A DNA stretch of 64,000 nt from a virus (Duplodnaviria; Caudoviricetes). Below, piece after piece: positions 51,033 to 61,500 of this stretch. A model generated the notes under the pieces. It did not search any database, was not told the origin of the DNA, and saw only the letters and a list, made by a program, of their open reading frames with translations. The position numbers were made by a program, and so were the translations under genes. Position 1 is the first letter of the stretch, and each line of letters starts with the position of its first letter. Location of the stretch: IMG/VR virus record IMGVR_UViG_3300020227_000045, positions 1 to 64,000 of that record; one strand, 5' to 3'.

Positions 51033-53706
51033 ATGTCTAACCAAATGTTCGGAGGACATCTAGACCCATACGAAACAACAGATAACTATGAGTACCCTTA
51101 TCACCCAGCAGGTAATCCTAAAAAGATAGATAAATCAGAAGTAGAATCATATACTCTAGCTGATTATGGTTGGACACCTGAAGCTATCAAAGAACATTAC
51201 ATGTATGGTATAAGGGTACAAAACCCTGAAACAGGTAAAGAAATGGATGATGCTTTCTATTATCATGTATTTGAAGTGGCTATAGATAAAGCAGAAAAAG
51301 CATTAGATATATCTATACTACCTGATTTCCAAGATGAACAAAGAGACTATTATGAACAAGACTTCAATAGTTACATGTTTGTTCATGCTTATAAAAAACC
51401 AATACTACAAGTTGAAGGATTACAATTACACTTCAATGGTAGACCAATATATAAATATCCAGCTAACTGGTGGAAAGTACACCATGTAGATGGACAAGTA
51501 CAGTTATATCCAACAGCTTTAATGCAAGTAGGACAGGGAGCTAGTTATTCTAGTGCGGTGAGTGGTTATCCTTATCTAGCAGGTATGATGCCACCACAAG
51601 GTAATACTTATGCTCCTCAAATGATACATTTAGAATACATTTCAGGTATGTTACCACAGAAAAGAGCAGGCGTAACTAAACCATGGGAATGTCCTACAAG
51701 TTTACAACAATTAGTAATTAAATACGCACTTAAAGAGATATACCAAGTATGGGGTTACGATGATATTACCCTGTGTGTAGCGTAAGTTGCACATTTTCAA
51801 AGGTTAACTGCTAAGAAATCCTAAAGCTAACTAAACTACAAAGTAATCTGAAAGGATAGGCTTGAATGTTGAGAAATCAGAAAAAATTAGTTAGATACTC
51901 TAAGGTTAAATCCTAAGGAGAAGAGCAATGGAAGTTTAGCATCGAAAGTCCTAAGTCAATAGATAAGGAATACGTTCAACGACTATTCTGTATAGACGAC
52001 AGAAGTAAAGCTCCAAGTGATTGGGAGAAGAAAAATCTTTACCCTAGTCTTAGGGATAACAAATAGTCTGCACACGTCTTGAAAAAGAGTGCTAGGAATT
52101 GACCTAGACTTATTTAGTAGCGTAAGTAAGGAAACAATGTTAATTAAATGAAAACTTCCTATTGAAATTACCCCAAGTATATGTTATATTATAGGTATAA
52201 TATATATAAGGTGGTGAAAGTAAATGAAAAAAACGGAAAATAAATTTTATAGAGGTATAATACTAAAAGTAAACCCTACACAAGAACAAGAAGATTTAAT
52301 GTGGAAACATGTTAATCACTCAAGGTTTATTTATAATTATATGTTAGAAAGATATTGGGAAGCTTTAGATAGTGATAAATATATAGACTATAAGAATATG
52401 CTTTCTTTACTTAAGGAAATGAAAAAAGAAGATGATTATGATTTCTTAAATGAAGTATCTAGAAAAACTTTAGTTGGTAAAATAGATGATTTAAGAGAAG
52501 CTTTAATAAAGTACCATAATCATGAAATAAGAAAACCTAAATTTAAGTCTAAAAAGAGAGAACCTAAACGTTTTCCAATTAGATATGACCGTATGCACTT
52601 CAGTAAAGAAAAAAGTGTTAAGGTTGAGAAGTTAGGCTACTTAAGAATTTCTAATGGAACATATAAAAATAATAAATCAGTACTTGAGAATGAAAACATT
52701 AAACCTTTAAATCCTAAGTGCTATTATGACGGTAAATATTGGTATGTATCATTTTCGGTAGAAGTAGATAATCAATACAAAAAAGAAAATGATAACACTG
52801 ATGAAGTTGTAGGAATAGACTTAGGTAGTGGTAAAAAACACGTAATTTGTTCTAACAGAAAAATATATGGTAATATTATTTATTCTAAGAAAATGAAAAG
52901 GTTAGAAAAAAAAATATCTGACCTACAGAAAAGATTAAGTAATAAATATGATATTAACCACACCAAAACAAATAATGTTTTAAAGCTAGAAAATAAGATA
53001 GCTAAAGTTTATAGGAAAATGTCAAATATCCGTAAAAATCATGTACATGAAATAACAAAAGAAATTGTTGAAAAGTATCCTAAAGAGATTATTGTAGAGG
53101 ATATAAGAGTTCGTGATTTAATAAAAGACAGAGGATATACAGGACAAAAAAGAAAAAAAATACAGTTTTCTAATTTCTATATGATTAGACAGCAATTACA
53201 ATATAAATGTGAAGATAGAGGTATAAAATTTACAGTAGCTAATACTTATTATCCATCATCACAAATATGTAGTAATTGCGGAGAAAGAAAAAGAAATGCT
53301 TTAAAATTACAGTTAGGTGATAAAGTCTTTAAATGTAATGCTTGTGGATATGAAGAAGATAGAGATATTAATGCAAGTATTAACTTAAAAAATTACCATA
53401 AATCTCAATGGTTAAAAGAACAAAACCAATAATATGTTTGCTTTTAGTAGGGTTCTATAACCCGAAAATATAATGCCTTTTATTTTAAGAAGGAAGTTAA
53501 TTTAATTAACATATGGTAATCTCATTATCGGTGCAGGAATAGCAAACAAATCACTAGATGTTGATGGTATTAGTGAAACAATCGGTACTACTCAATCAGC
53601 TATGTATGGTGGAGCTAGTGCTCAAATACTTCAAATAAATGAAGATATTGGAGAACTACTAAAAGGTCTACAATCATACTTTGGTACCAACATGGTAGCT
53701 ATCTAA
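51033..53706 (+). CDS. Conserved head-completion/neck protein, split by an IStron (303 aa after splicing)
   Basis: Exons 51033-51754 and 53517-53706 join as KEIYQVWG|NLIIGAGIANK, collinear with the phage K gene two downstream of capsid. Confidence 0.88.
51755..53516 (+). mobile_element. IStron-like element: group I intron fused to a TnpB-only IS607-type module
   Basis: P4 (TGCTAA/TTAGCA), P7 (AACGACTA 51986-/AATAGTCT 52122-), tnpB in the 3' part, GG at both junctions, precise removal restores the host ORF. Confidence 0.85.
52224..53432 (+). CDS. tnpB: RNA-guided endonuclease TnpB, 402 aa (IStron-encoded)
   Basis: GIDLG, IVEDI, CSNC..CNAC, DRDINASINL; all three RuvC acidic residues present. 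Confidence 0.93.
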   Translation: MKKTENKFYRGIILKVNPTQEQEDLMWKHVNHSRFIYNYMLERYWEALDSDKYIDYKNMLSLLKEMKKEDDYDFLNEVSRKTLVGKIDDLREALIKYHNHEIRKPKFKSKKREPKRFPIRYDRMHFSKEKSVKVEKLGYLRISNGTYKNNKSVLENENIKPLNPKCYYDGKYWYVSFSVEVDNQYKKENDNTDEVVGIDLGSGKKHVICSNRKIYGNIIYSKKMKRLEKKISDLQKRLSNKYDINHTKTNNVLKLENKIAKVYRKMSNIRKNHVHEITKEIVEKYPKEIIVEDIRVRDLIKDRGYTGQKRKKIQFSNFYMIRQQLQYKCEDRGIKFTVANTYYPSSQICSNCGERKRNALKLQLGDKVFKCNACGYEEDRDINASINLKNYHKSQWLKEQNQ

Positions 53707-53719
53707 AGGAGGAATATAG

Positions 53720-54601
53720 TTGGAAAAGAGTTATAAATTAACAAGTAGTAGAGTAGATAAAGTTAATCCTTCTATAGCTAATGATACTTCCTATTCTCCT
53801 TTAGAAAAAGAAGAACCTAAAACATCAACAGCAAAATTAGAATTTGACACAAAAGATATGCGTAGGTTTATGAATGATAGAGGTATAAAAGTTCTTTGGG
53901 AACAAGCATACCTCTGCCCTTGTTTAAATACAAAAACAGGAGCACCTAGAATAGATTGTCCTAGATGTCATGGGTCAGGTATAGCTTATCTACCACCTAA
54001 AGAGACAGTGATGGCTATTCAATCACAAGGTAAAGGTGTAAGTGTATTTGACTTAGGTATTATGGAGACAGGTACTGCTATAGGTACAACACAACTAGAA
54101 CATAGAATATCTTACAGAGATAGATTTACAGTTCCAGATGTAGTAATGCCACAACACATGATTTTCTTAATAACAGAAGATAGAGTTAAAAAAGGAATAT
54201 CATTAGTATATGATACAAAAGAAATTGTATATATAACAACAGATGAACGTGTCTTATATGAAGAAGATTATACAGTAAAAGATAATAGACTATATTTAGA
54301 TAAATCATTCATAGGACAAAACGTATCTTTAAAAATATATATGACTTTAAGATATACTGTTTCAGATATATTAAAAGAAAGTCGTTATCAATATACACAA
54401 TTCAATGAACCTCAAACTAAATTTGAAAATCTACCTCAAAAACTACTCTTAAAAAGAGAAGATGTTTTTGTTAAACCAGAAGCATATAAACCTAAAGATG
54501 GTATTAATGAAGATATACAAATAGATGATGTTATAGATGACCCTAAAGCTAAACCTACAAGTCAAGAAAATAAAGGTGGATTCTTTGGTGGTGGTTTATA
54601 A
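53720..54601 (+). CDS. Conserved virion/neck protein
   Basis: CPC..CPRCHG motif; Twort-like morphogenesis operon position. Confidence 0.75.
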   Translation: MEKSYKLTSSRVDKVNPSIANDTSYSPLEKEEPKTSTAKLEFDTKDMRRFMNDRGIKVLWEQAYLCPCLNTKTGAPRIDCPRCHGSGIAYLPPKETVMAIQSQGKGVSVFDLGIMETGTAIGTTQLEHRISYRDRFTVPDVVMPQHMIFLITEDRVKKGISLVYDTKEIVYITTDERVLYEEDYTVKDNRLYLDKSFIGQNVSLKIYMTLRYTVSDILKESRYQYTQFNEPQTKFENLPQKLLLKREDVFVKPEAYKPKDGINEDIQIDDVIDDPKAKPTSQENKGGFFGGGL

Positions 54602-55209
54602 TGGCAAAGAATAAAATACCTAAATTTTTAGCAAATCCTAGTGAATCATCTAAAAAGATTGCTAAAGGTTTAGAGAATGATGCTACAAATGAATTACATT
54701 TACAAGCTCAACAAATACAAATGGATATGGACGATGTAAAAGTAACAAGACTTAATAATAGAATTCAAATAGAAAAGAAAATGGAAGAAAATAATATCAT
54801 TGACTTAAAACCATATTTTGCCAGGTCTTCTAAGAAGAAAGATAAAAAAGATGGTGGATGGTACTTAATTGTACCTATTCGTGTAAAAACAAGTCAAATG
54901 AGTAGTAGAATGTATACGAAGTTAAACAAAGTAAAAAAGCAGGGTAAGTATACAAATACTTTAATAGACTATATAGAAGGTACAAGACAAAAAACAACAG
55001 TTCCTAGCTTAGCACCAAAACAAGCTAGTAAAAATATAACTAAAGTAGATAAACCTACAAACCAATCTCATTATGTATTCTTTAGAACAGTTTCCGATAC
55101 ATCACCTCCAAACTCTTGGATAATAAATAGAGGAAATACTGAAGGAATGTCTTCGAGAGACAGAAGAGATATTGAATCATTAATGAGATGGAAGATGAAC
55201 AACCTATAA
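54601..55209 (+). CDS. Conserved morphogenesis protein
   Basis: GGWYLIVPIR..FRTVS..SP.NSWII motifs. Confidence 0.75.
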   Translation: MAKNKIPKFLANPSESSKKIAKGLENDATNELHLQAQQIQMDMDDVKVTRLNNRIQIEKKMEENNIIDLKPYFARSSKKKDKKDGGWYLIVPIRVKTSQMSSRMYTKLNKVKKQGKYTNTLIDYIEGTRQKTTVPSLAPKQASKNITKVDKPTNQSHYVFFRTVSDTSPPNSWIINRGNTEGMSSRDRRDIESLMRWKMNNL

Positions 55210-55225
55210 AGGAGAAAAGACTATT

Positions 55226-56068
55226 ATGGCTATCACTTCAATTGACTCATATTTACTAGAAGAAATAGAGCCTAGATTACAGACAGTGCTTAAAAATTGT
55301 TATATTATAGACGAGGTTTTGAAGGACTACAACGAATCCACAAGATATAACTTTAAAGAAGGTTTTTGTGGAGAAAATGCACCTTATGAAGTCGATATAA
55401 GTTTCAAAACACCTGAATTTAAAAATGGTACTAAAGCACATTATCTCATTCAACAAGGACAAGGAAGAGAATCAAATACATCCTTCTCTAATATACAAGC
55501 TGACTACTTAGAAGCAAGTGGTAATACACATTCTGAATATAGTACAGTATATAGAGATGAGGATAGATTGAAACTTAAAGTTTCCAAGCCTATTCATGAA
55601 GTATTGGTTGTAGAACACATTTCCTTTGCTGAGTTTGATGATTTAAAGTGGGAAGATAATGTTATTTCTTTTAGATATGATGGAAATGAATCTTTAGAAA
55701 ATTATCAGGCTATTGTTAAATATGTTGAAAAAACAGGTGATACTAAAGGTCTTGTAAAAGGATTTACTGTTAGTGAACAAGTAACGATTGTTGGATTATC
55801 TGATAACGTAGATACAGCAAGGTGTTTAGATGCTATTTTAAAAATGATTTTAATATCAATGAGAGATAGCTTACAAGAACAACAATCTTTACAATTACAA
55901 AGATTAGAGTTTGGAGATTTATCCCCTATAATTACAGATACTGATTTTTATATTTGGGGTAGACCAACAATCATTTCATATGAAACATCTATAGATATGG
56001 ACTATACAATCACTCAAGACATCAACAAATTAACATTTAAAGAGAGGTATGACTATAACAATGGCTAG
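55226..56068 (+). CDS. Conserved morphogenesis (tail terminator-like) protein
   Basis: MAITSIDSYL.., position before sheath. Confidence 0.7.
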   Translation: MAITSIDSYLLEEIEPRLQTVLKNCYIIDEVLKDYNESTRYNFKEGFCGENAPYEVDISFKTPEFKNGTKAHYLIQQGQGRESNTSFSNIQADYLEASGNTHSEYSTVYRDEDRLKLKVSKPIHEVLVVEHISFAEFDDLKWEDNVISFRYDGNESLENYQAIVKYVEKTGDTKGLVKGFTVSEQVTIVGLSDNVDTARCLDAILKMILISMRDSLQEQQSLQLQRLEFGDLSPIITDTDFYIWGRPTIISYETSIDMDYTITQDINKLTFKERYDYNNG

Positions 56069-56276
56069 TAAAAAACAAACAACAAAACAAACAAAACCTA
56101 AATTCACAGGGTATGCTGATATAGATACTTTTATTAATTCAGCACAAACTGTCTTTAAATTCTCTGATGGAGAAGCTAAAGGATTTAAAGCTTATATGGA
56201 AGGTAAATATTATCAACGTTCAGAACGTGATTTTATCCCTTACTTAGAAAGCTATTTAGGTAGAAAATTAAAATAA
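56049..56276 (+). CDS. Conserved small protein before tail sheath (start probably 56061)
   Basis: GFKAYMEG..F.PYLE.YLGRKL as in phage K. Confidence 0.75.
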   Translation: MTITMASKKQTTKQTKPKFTGYADIDTFINSAQTVFKFSDGEAKGFKAYMEGKYYQRSERDFIPYLESYLGRKLK

Positions 56277-56297
56277 TAGATAGGAGACATAAATAAT

Positions 56298-58067
56298 ATG
56301 GCTGAAAGTGTATTTCCAAGAATCCCTATCACCCGTCCACATACAGAAATCAATGTAGATACGTCAGGTATTGGTGGTTCAGCAAGTTCAAGTGAGAAGA
56401 TTCTTTGCTTAATTGGACAAGCTGAAGGTGGGGAACCTAACACAGTATATGAATTACGAAATTATTCACAAGCTGAACAAGTTTTCCGTTCAGGAGAGTT
56501 AGTAGATGCTATTCATTTAGCATGGACTACAAACCCACAATTTACAGCAGGAACTATTTTAGCAATGCGTATTGAAGATGCAGAACCTGCAACACTAACT
56601 AAAGGTGGATTAACTTTTAAATCTAAAATCTATGGTGTAGATTCTAACGACATTCAAGTTGCTTTAGAAGAAAACACTATTACAGATTCTTACCGTTTGA
56701 AAGTTAACTTTGATAAAGACCGTATTCGTAACACTTACGATAATATCGGTAACATCTTCAAATTAGAATATACAGGTGAAGGTCAAGGTACTTATACAGT
56801 TAAACATAGTAAAGAAACTGGAAAAGCTACAAACCTAATCTTAAGTGAAGATGGTTCAGAAGTAAGAAACTATGCACTAGGTGAAGGTGTATATGAATAT
56901 ACAAATGACATCATTAAAGATGTAAACAACTTACCAAGCTTTAAAGCTACATTATCACCTTTTGGAAATAAAGACTTAGAAACTAAGTATTTAGATGAAG
57001 CTAAAGATGTAGATATTAAAGTTGAAGACGGAGTTTATGTAACAGCAATATTCGGTGATATTCTAAATCAAACAAAATATGACCAAGCAGTTACAATTGA
57101 ACGTGCAGAAGCACAACAAGAATCTCCAAGTGACGTAGATGTAGAAGCAGGAGAAACTAGTGCTGAAGTAACAGCAGGAAGCACTGTATCTACACAAGAA
57201 ATCGAACCATTTGAATTGTCTAACTTACAAGGTGGAACAAATGGAACACCACCAAGTACTTGGTCAGAAAAATTAGATAAATTTGCTCATGAAGGTGGAT
57301 ACTACATTGTACCACTAAGTTCTAGACAATCTGTACACGCAGAGGTTGCACACTTTGTAACTTCACGTACAGATGCAGGAGAACCAATGAGAGCTATTGT
57401 TGGTGCAGGATTTAATGAAGCAAAAGAACAATTAATTGGTCGTGCTTCAGCTCTAGTAAATCCTCGTGTTACACTTATAGCTAACTCTGGTACATTTATG
57501 ATGGGAGATGGACGTAGAAACCATGTACCTGCATATATGGTAGCAGCAGCTATTGGTGGTTTAGCAAGTGGGCTAGATATTGGTGAATCAATCACATTCA
57601 AGAACTTCGGTATTAATTCATTAGACCAAGTTTATGAGTCAGCAGACTTAGACCAATTAAACGAAAACGGTGTTGTATCTATCGAATTCGTTCGTGACAG
57701 ATTAAATACTCGTTTCCGTATTGTAGATGATGTTACAACATTCAATGATACAAGAGACCCTGTTAAATCTGAAATGGCAATTGGTGAAGAAAACGACTTC
57801 TTAAGTTCTGAACTTAAAGTCTTACTCGATGATAACTTCATCGGTACTAGAACAACAGAAACAAGTCCTTCAATTATCAAAGACTTTATTCAGTCTTATC
57901 TTGAACGTAAAAAACGTGACCATGAAATCCAAGATTTCACACCAGAAGACGTACAAGTTATTATTGAAGGTAAAGAAGCACGTATATCAATGACAGTATT
58001 CCCAATCAGAACATTGAAAAAAATTACTGTATCATTGGTTTATAAAGAACAACAATTACAAGCCTAA
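56298..58067 (+). CDS. Major tail sheath protein
   Basis: FPRxPITRPH..VDTSGIGGSASSSEK; phage K-type sheath. Confidence 0.95.
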   Translation: MAESVFPRIPITRPHTEINVDTSGIGGSASSSEKILCLIGQAEGGEPNTVYELRNYSQAEQVFRSGELVDAIHLAWTTNPQFTAGTILAMRIEDAEPATLTKGGLTFKSKIYGVDSNDIQVALEENTITDSYRLKVNFDKDRIRNTYDNIGNIFKLEYTGEGQGTYTVKHSKETGKATNLILSEDGSEVRNYALGEGVYEYTNDIIKDVNNLPSFKATLSPFGNKDLETKYLDEAKDVDIKVEDGVYVTAIFGDILNQTKYDQAVTIERAEAQQESPSDVDVEAGETSAEVTAGSTVSTQEIEPFELSNLQGGTNGTPPSTWSEKLDKFAHEGGYYIVPLSSRQSVHAEVAHFVTSRTDAGEPMRAIVGAGFNEAKEQLIGRASALVNPRVTLIANSGTFMMGDGRRNHVPAYMVAAAIGGLASGLDIGESITFKNFGINSLDQVYESADLDQLNENGVVSIEFVRDRLNTRFRIVDDVTTFNDTRDPVKSEMAIGEENDFLSSELKVLLDDNFIGTRTTETSPSIIKDFIQSYLERKKRDHEIQDFTPEDVQVIIEGKEARISMTVFPIRTLKKITVSLVYKEQQLQA

Positions 58068-58136
58068 TCTAGTGGAGTACCTAGATTAGGTACTCCTATT
58101 ATGAAAAAGTTAAACAAAATAGGAGAGTGAATATAG

Positions 58137-59403
58137 ATGGCAAGTGAAGCTAAACAGTCCATTCACACTGGTAATACCGTCTATCTCATGATTAAAGGTA
58201 AAATTGTAGGCAGAGCTCAATCAGCTTCAGGTACTCGTGAATACGGTACTGAGGGCGTATATGAAATTGGTTCAATTATGCCACAAGAACACGTTTACCT
58301 TAGATATGAAGGTACGGTTACAATAGAAAGATTACGAATGAAAAAAGAAAACTTCGCAAAATTAGGATATGCTTCTTTAGGTGAAGAAATCCTTAAAAAA
58401 GATGTTATCGACATTTTAGTTGTAGATAACTTAACTAAGAGTGTAATCATAGCATACCATGGTTGTAGTGCTAATAACTATAAAATTTGTAGCTTTAGGA
58501 AGTAATTCCTATCGAAAAACTTTTCTAAACAGGGAAACCTAAGTACAATTTGTATAAGGCAATCCTGTGCTAAATTGACTTAATCAGTCATAAATGCCAA
58601 ACGACTAACAGAAACCTATTCATATAAGTGAAGGGAGTAAGAGTACAGCCAAGTGGTCAAGGTGTTGGGTAATAACCAAATAAATCCTTGTTAAATGGAA
58701 AAGAAAAGAATCCTTAATATAAAAAGGATTATGATATAGTCTCATCTATATGGAAACATATAGCAGTTCTAAAAGAACGTACAATGATTAACGACCATTG
58801 TAGAAGTAAATGGATGAAGAAATTAATACCAATGAAATGATTACAGAAAGTATTGAGTAGGTAAAAAGCTCCTATAATCAGAAATGGTTATAGCAAATCT
58901 CTCTAATTCATGGAAACCCCTAACAAGTAATGATGAGGGCAATCATGAGCGAAGCTCTTAAAACAAGAGAACGTGCAACGACTAGTCTACGGACGTACAA
59001 TCAAGTGATTGGAAATGGGAGACACCTTCAATTTTAAGGTGATGATATAGTCTGAACTATATGGAAACATATAGAAGGATAGAATTAACGATTCTATTCG
59101 TAACAAAATTGTTTCTTATCTTACAGCATTAAATTTCTAGTGCCCTTATACAGTAATGTATATTGAATCAATCCTCTAATTCAGGGAAACCCTAAACGAA
59201 ATTAAGACGTAGGCAATCCTGAGCCAAGCCTATAATTAGGAAGGTGCAACGACTATCTCTAAGGAGAGTACGCTCAAGTGAGTGGAAATGGGGATTATCC
59301 TATACAATATAGGATAGTGATATAGTCTGGACTATATGGAAACATATAGAAGGTTAGGAGTAACGAACCTAATCGTAACATAATCGCAGATAAAGCATCA
59401 TAA
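58137..59403 (+). CDS. Tail tube protein, split by 3 group I introns (141 aa after splicing)
   Basis: Exons 58137-58481, 58813-58858, 59112-59129, 59387-59403: CSANNY|DEEINTNEMITESIE|FSYLTA|SDKAS. Confidence 0.92.
58482..58812 (+). ncRNA. Group I intron tube-I1 (331 nt)
   Basis: U/G junctions, P7 motifs. Confidence 0.88.
58859..59111 (+). ncRNA. Group I intron tube-I2 (253 nt)
   Basis: U/G junctions, P7 motifs. Confidence 0.9.
59130..59386 (+). ncRNA. Group I intron tube-I3 (257 nt)
   Basis: U/G junctions, P7 motifs. Confidence 0.9.
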
Positions 59404-59513
59404 TATTTTAGAATATTTAAACCCAACAATAAAAGTTGGGTTTATTTTTTTTATACTTTACATAACAGAGCAACTATGATATAATATAAATATAAACAAA
59501 AGGAGGATATATT

Positions 59514-60779
59514 ATGACATTAACAAATAGAAGAAATAAAGGTTCTATAGGAGAGCAAATAGTAGATACGATATTAGGGTATAATAATATGACTTATGAA
59601 AGAGAATATACAATAATTAACAAAGAAGAAAGAAAACAAAGGATGGATTTTAAAGTTAAGTATAGAGGTAAAGATTACTGTATTGAATATATGGGTGAAC
59701 AACATTATGTTGATAAAACTATATTTGACTTAAAAAGTATACAAAAGAATGATAAACTTAAAAAAGAATATTGCTTAGATAACGGTATCATATTTATTGA
59801 AATTAGTTACTTAGAAAATTCTATAGATAGTATTTATAAAATATTAAAATGGTATTTCAAAGATATTAAAAAACCTAAAAATATAGAATTATATAAGGAA
59901 GCAAATAAATTTAAAGGAAATATAACTATAGAAAATAAAAGAAAGAATATTAAATTTACAGGAACATATGGAGATATATTAAATGAATTTAAAGATATAA
60001 ATGAATCAAATATTAATAAGTGTTTAAATGGGGAGACTGATAGTATTGGTGGTTATCTCATGTCTTTTGAAGATGATTATTTAGAAAGTATAAGAATTTT
60101 AAATTGTCAAGAAAGAAAGGATAAAAGGAAAAACAAACCATTAAAAAAACCTAGAGAAAAAACACCTATTGTTGCTCTAAATGTATATACAATGGAAGAA
60201 TATAAATTTGATTCTATTAATGAGTGTCAAAAAGAATTAGGTCTAACTGGAGTTTATAACTTAATATTTCCTAGAGAAGAAGATAGAACAAGAGTTAGTT
60301 TAAAGGGTTTTATATTTAAAAAAGTAGGAGAAGAATATAAACACAATCCAAAAGAAGTTAGAGAAAAATTAAAAAAAAGAAAACCTCAAAAGGTAAATAA
60401 ACCTGCGGTTCCTAAAAGACAAGTATACATGATTGATATAGAAACAGGAAAGGAAACAAAATTTGAATCTATAGCACAAGCAGAAAGAGAGACAGGTATA
60501 AAAGGAATCTCAACATATATTTCAAGTAAAAGAAACAGAGTATCATTAAAAGGAAAAATGTTTAGAATAGACGGACAAGAGTATAGATATAGTTTAGAAG
60601 AAGCTAGAAGTAAATCTCAAAAAAGAAAAGTAGAAGCTTATAATATAGAAACAGGAGACAAAATAATAGGAAGTCTAAATGAAGTAGGTAGGAAAATAGG
60701 GGTTTCAGGAACTAACATAAGTAAAGTTTTAAGAGGTAAAGGTAAAAGTTTAAAGGGATATACATTTGAGTATAAATAA
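59514..60779 (+). CDS. Putative free-standing homing endonuclease (PD-(D/E)xK N-terminus, NUMOD1-like repeats)
   Basis: RMDF...CIEYMGEQHY; repeated F.SI.E....G...I modules. Confidence 0.7.
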   Translation: MTLTNRRNKGSIGEQIVDTILGYNNMTYEREYTIINKEERKQRMDFKVKYRGKDYCIEYMGEQHYVDKTIFDLKSIQKNDKLKKEYCLDNGIIFIEISYLENSIDSIYKILKWYFKDIKKPKNIELYKEANKFKGNITIENKRKNIKFTGTYGDILNEFKDINESNINKCLNGETDSIGGYLMSFEDDYLESIRILNCQERKDKRKNKPLKKPREKTPIVALNVYTMEEYKFDSINECQKELGLTGVYNLIFPREEDRTRVSLKGFIFKKVGEEYKHNPKEVREKLKKRKPQKVNKPAVPKRQVYMIDIETGKETKFESIAQAERETGIKGISTYISSKRNRVSLKGKMFRIDGQEYRYSLEEARSKSQKRKVEAYNIETGDKIIGSLNEVGRKIGVSGTNISKVLRGKGKSLKGYTFEYK

Positions 60780-60948
60780 TATTTAAGACCTAGATTAATT
60801 TCTAGGTCTATTTTTTTATTCCTATTTTGTTATATATAAATAATATGATATAATTGATATAAATAAGATAGAATAATATTATTGCGTGCTATATTAGATA
60901 TGTAAAAGGAAAAAATAATTACTAAGAAGAGGAGAAAGTGTTTATATT

Positions 60949-61500
60949 ATGGCTGAAGAAACTAAAAAAGATTTATCTGAAATGACCGAAGAAGAAATAG
61001 ATAAATTAAAATATAAAAAAGATACTAAAGAAACAGAAGATAAAAAAGAAGATTCTAAAGAAGACTCTAAAGAAAAGGAGTCTAAAGAAGAAAAACAAAA
61101 ACCTGTTTCTGAAATGACTAAAGAAGAAATAGAAGAATTAAAATACCAACAAGAACAAGAGAAACAAAAAGTATTAGATAAAGTTATTAGAGGATACAAT
61201 GATACATTTATTAAACACTATGACTTTAGAGAACTAGGTTTAACATTCACAATTAAATTACATTTACCTAACATGATTGAACAAGGTCAAATTAATGCTC
61301 TACGCTCCAAATACCTTGGAGGTACGGATGTAGACCAACCTGCATATATTTATTATGCTTTTGAAATGTTAGCTACAATTCAAGTTGTAGGTGACGAAGT
61401 TCCTAAATATTTCAAGAATGAAGAAGATGTATATAACCCAGCTCCATTAATTCAAATGTATAATGATTGGATGGACTTTCAATCAACCTTTCGTTACTAG
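60949..61500 (+). CDS. Tail assembly chaperone
   Basis: Resembles the phage K chaperone, ends ..FRY; upstream of tape measure. Confidence 0.8.
   Translation: MAEETKKDLSEMTEEEIDKLKYKKDTKETEDKKEDSKEDSKEKESKEEKQKPVSEMTKEEIEELKYQQEQEKQKVLDKVIRGYNDTFIKHYDFRELGLTFTIKLHLPNMIEQGQINALRSKYLGGTDVDQPAYIYYAFEMLATIQVVGDEVPKYFKNEEDVYNPAPLIQMYNDWMDFQSTFRY

Noticed and set aside
53433-53516. Reading the second tnpB as an ordinary IS that inactivated the head/neck gene
   Set aside because: An upstream group I core and an intact, conserved exon 2 argue for a spliced IStron rather than a knockout.
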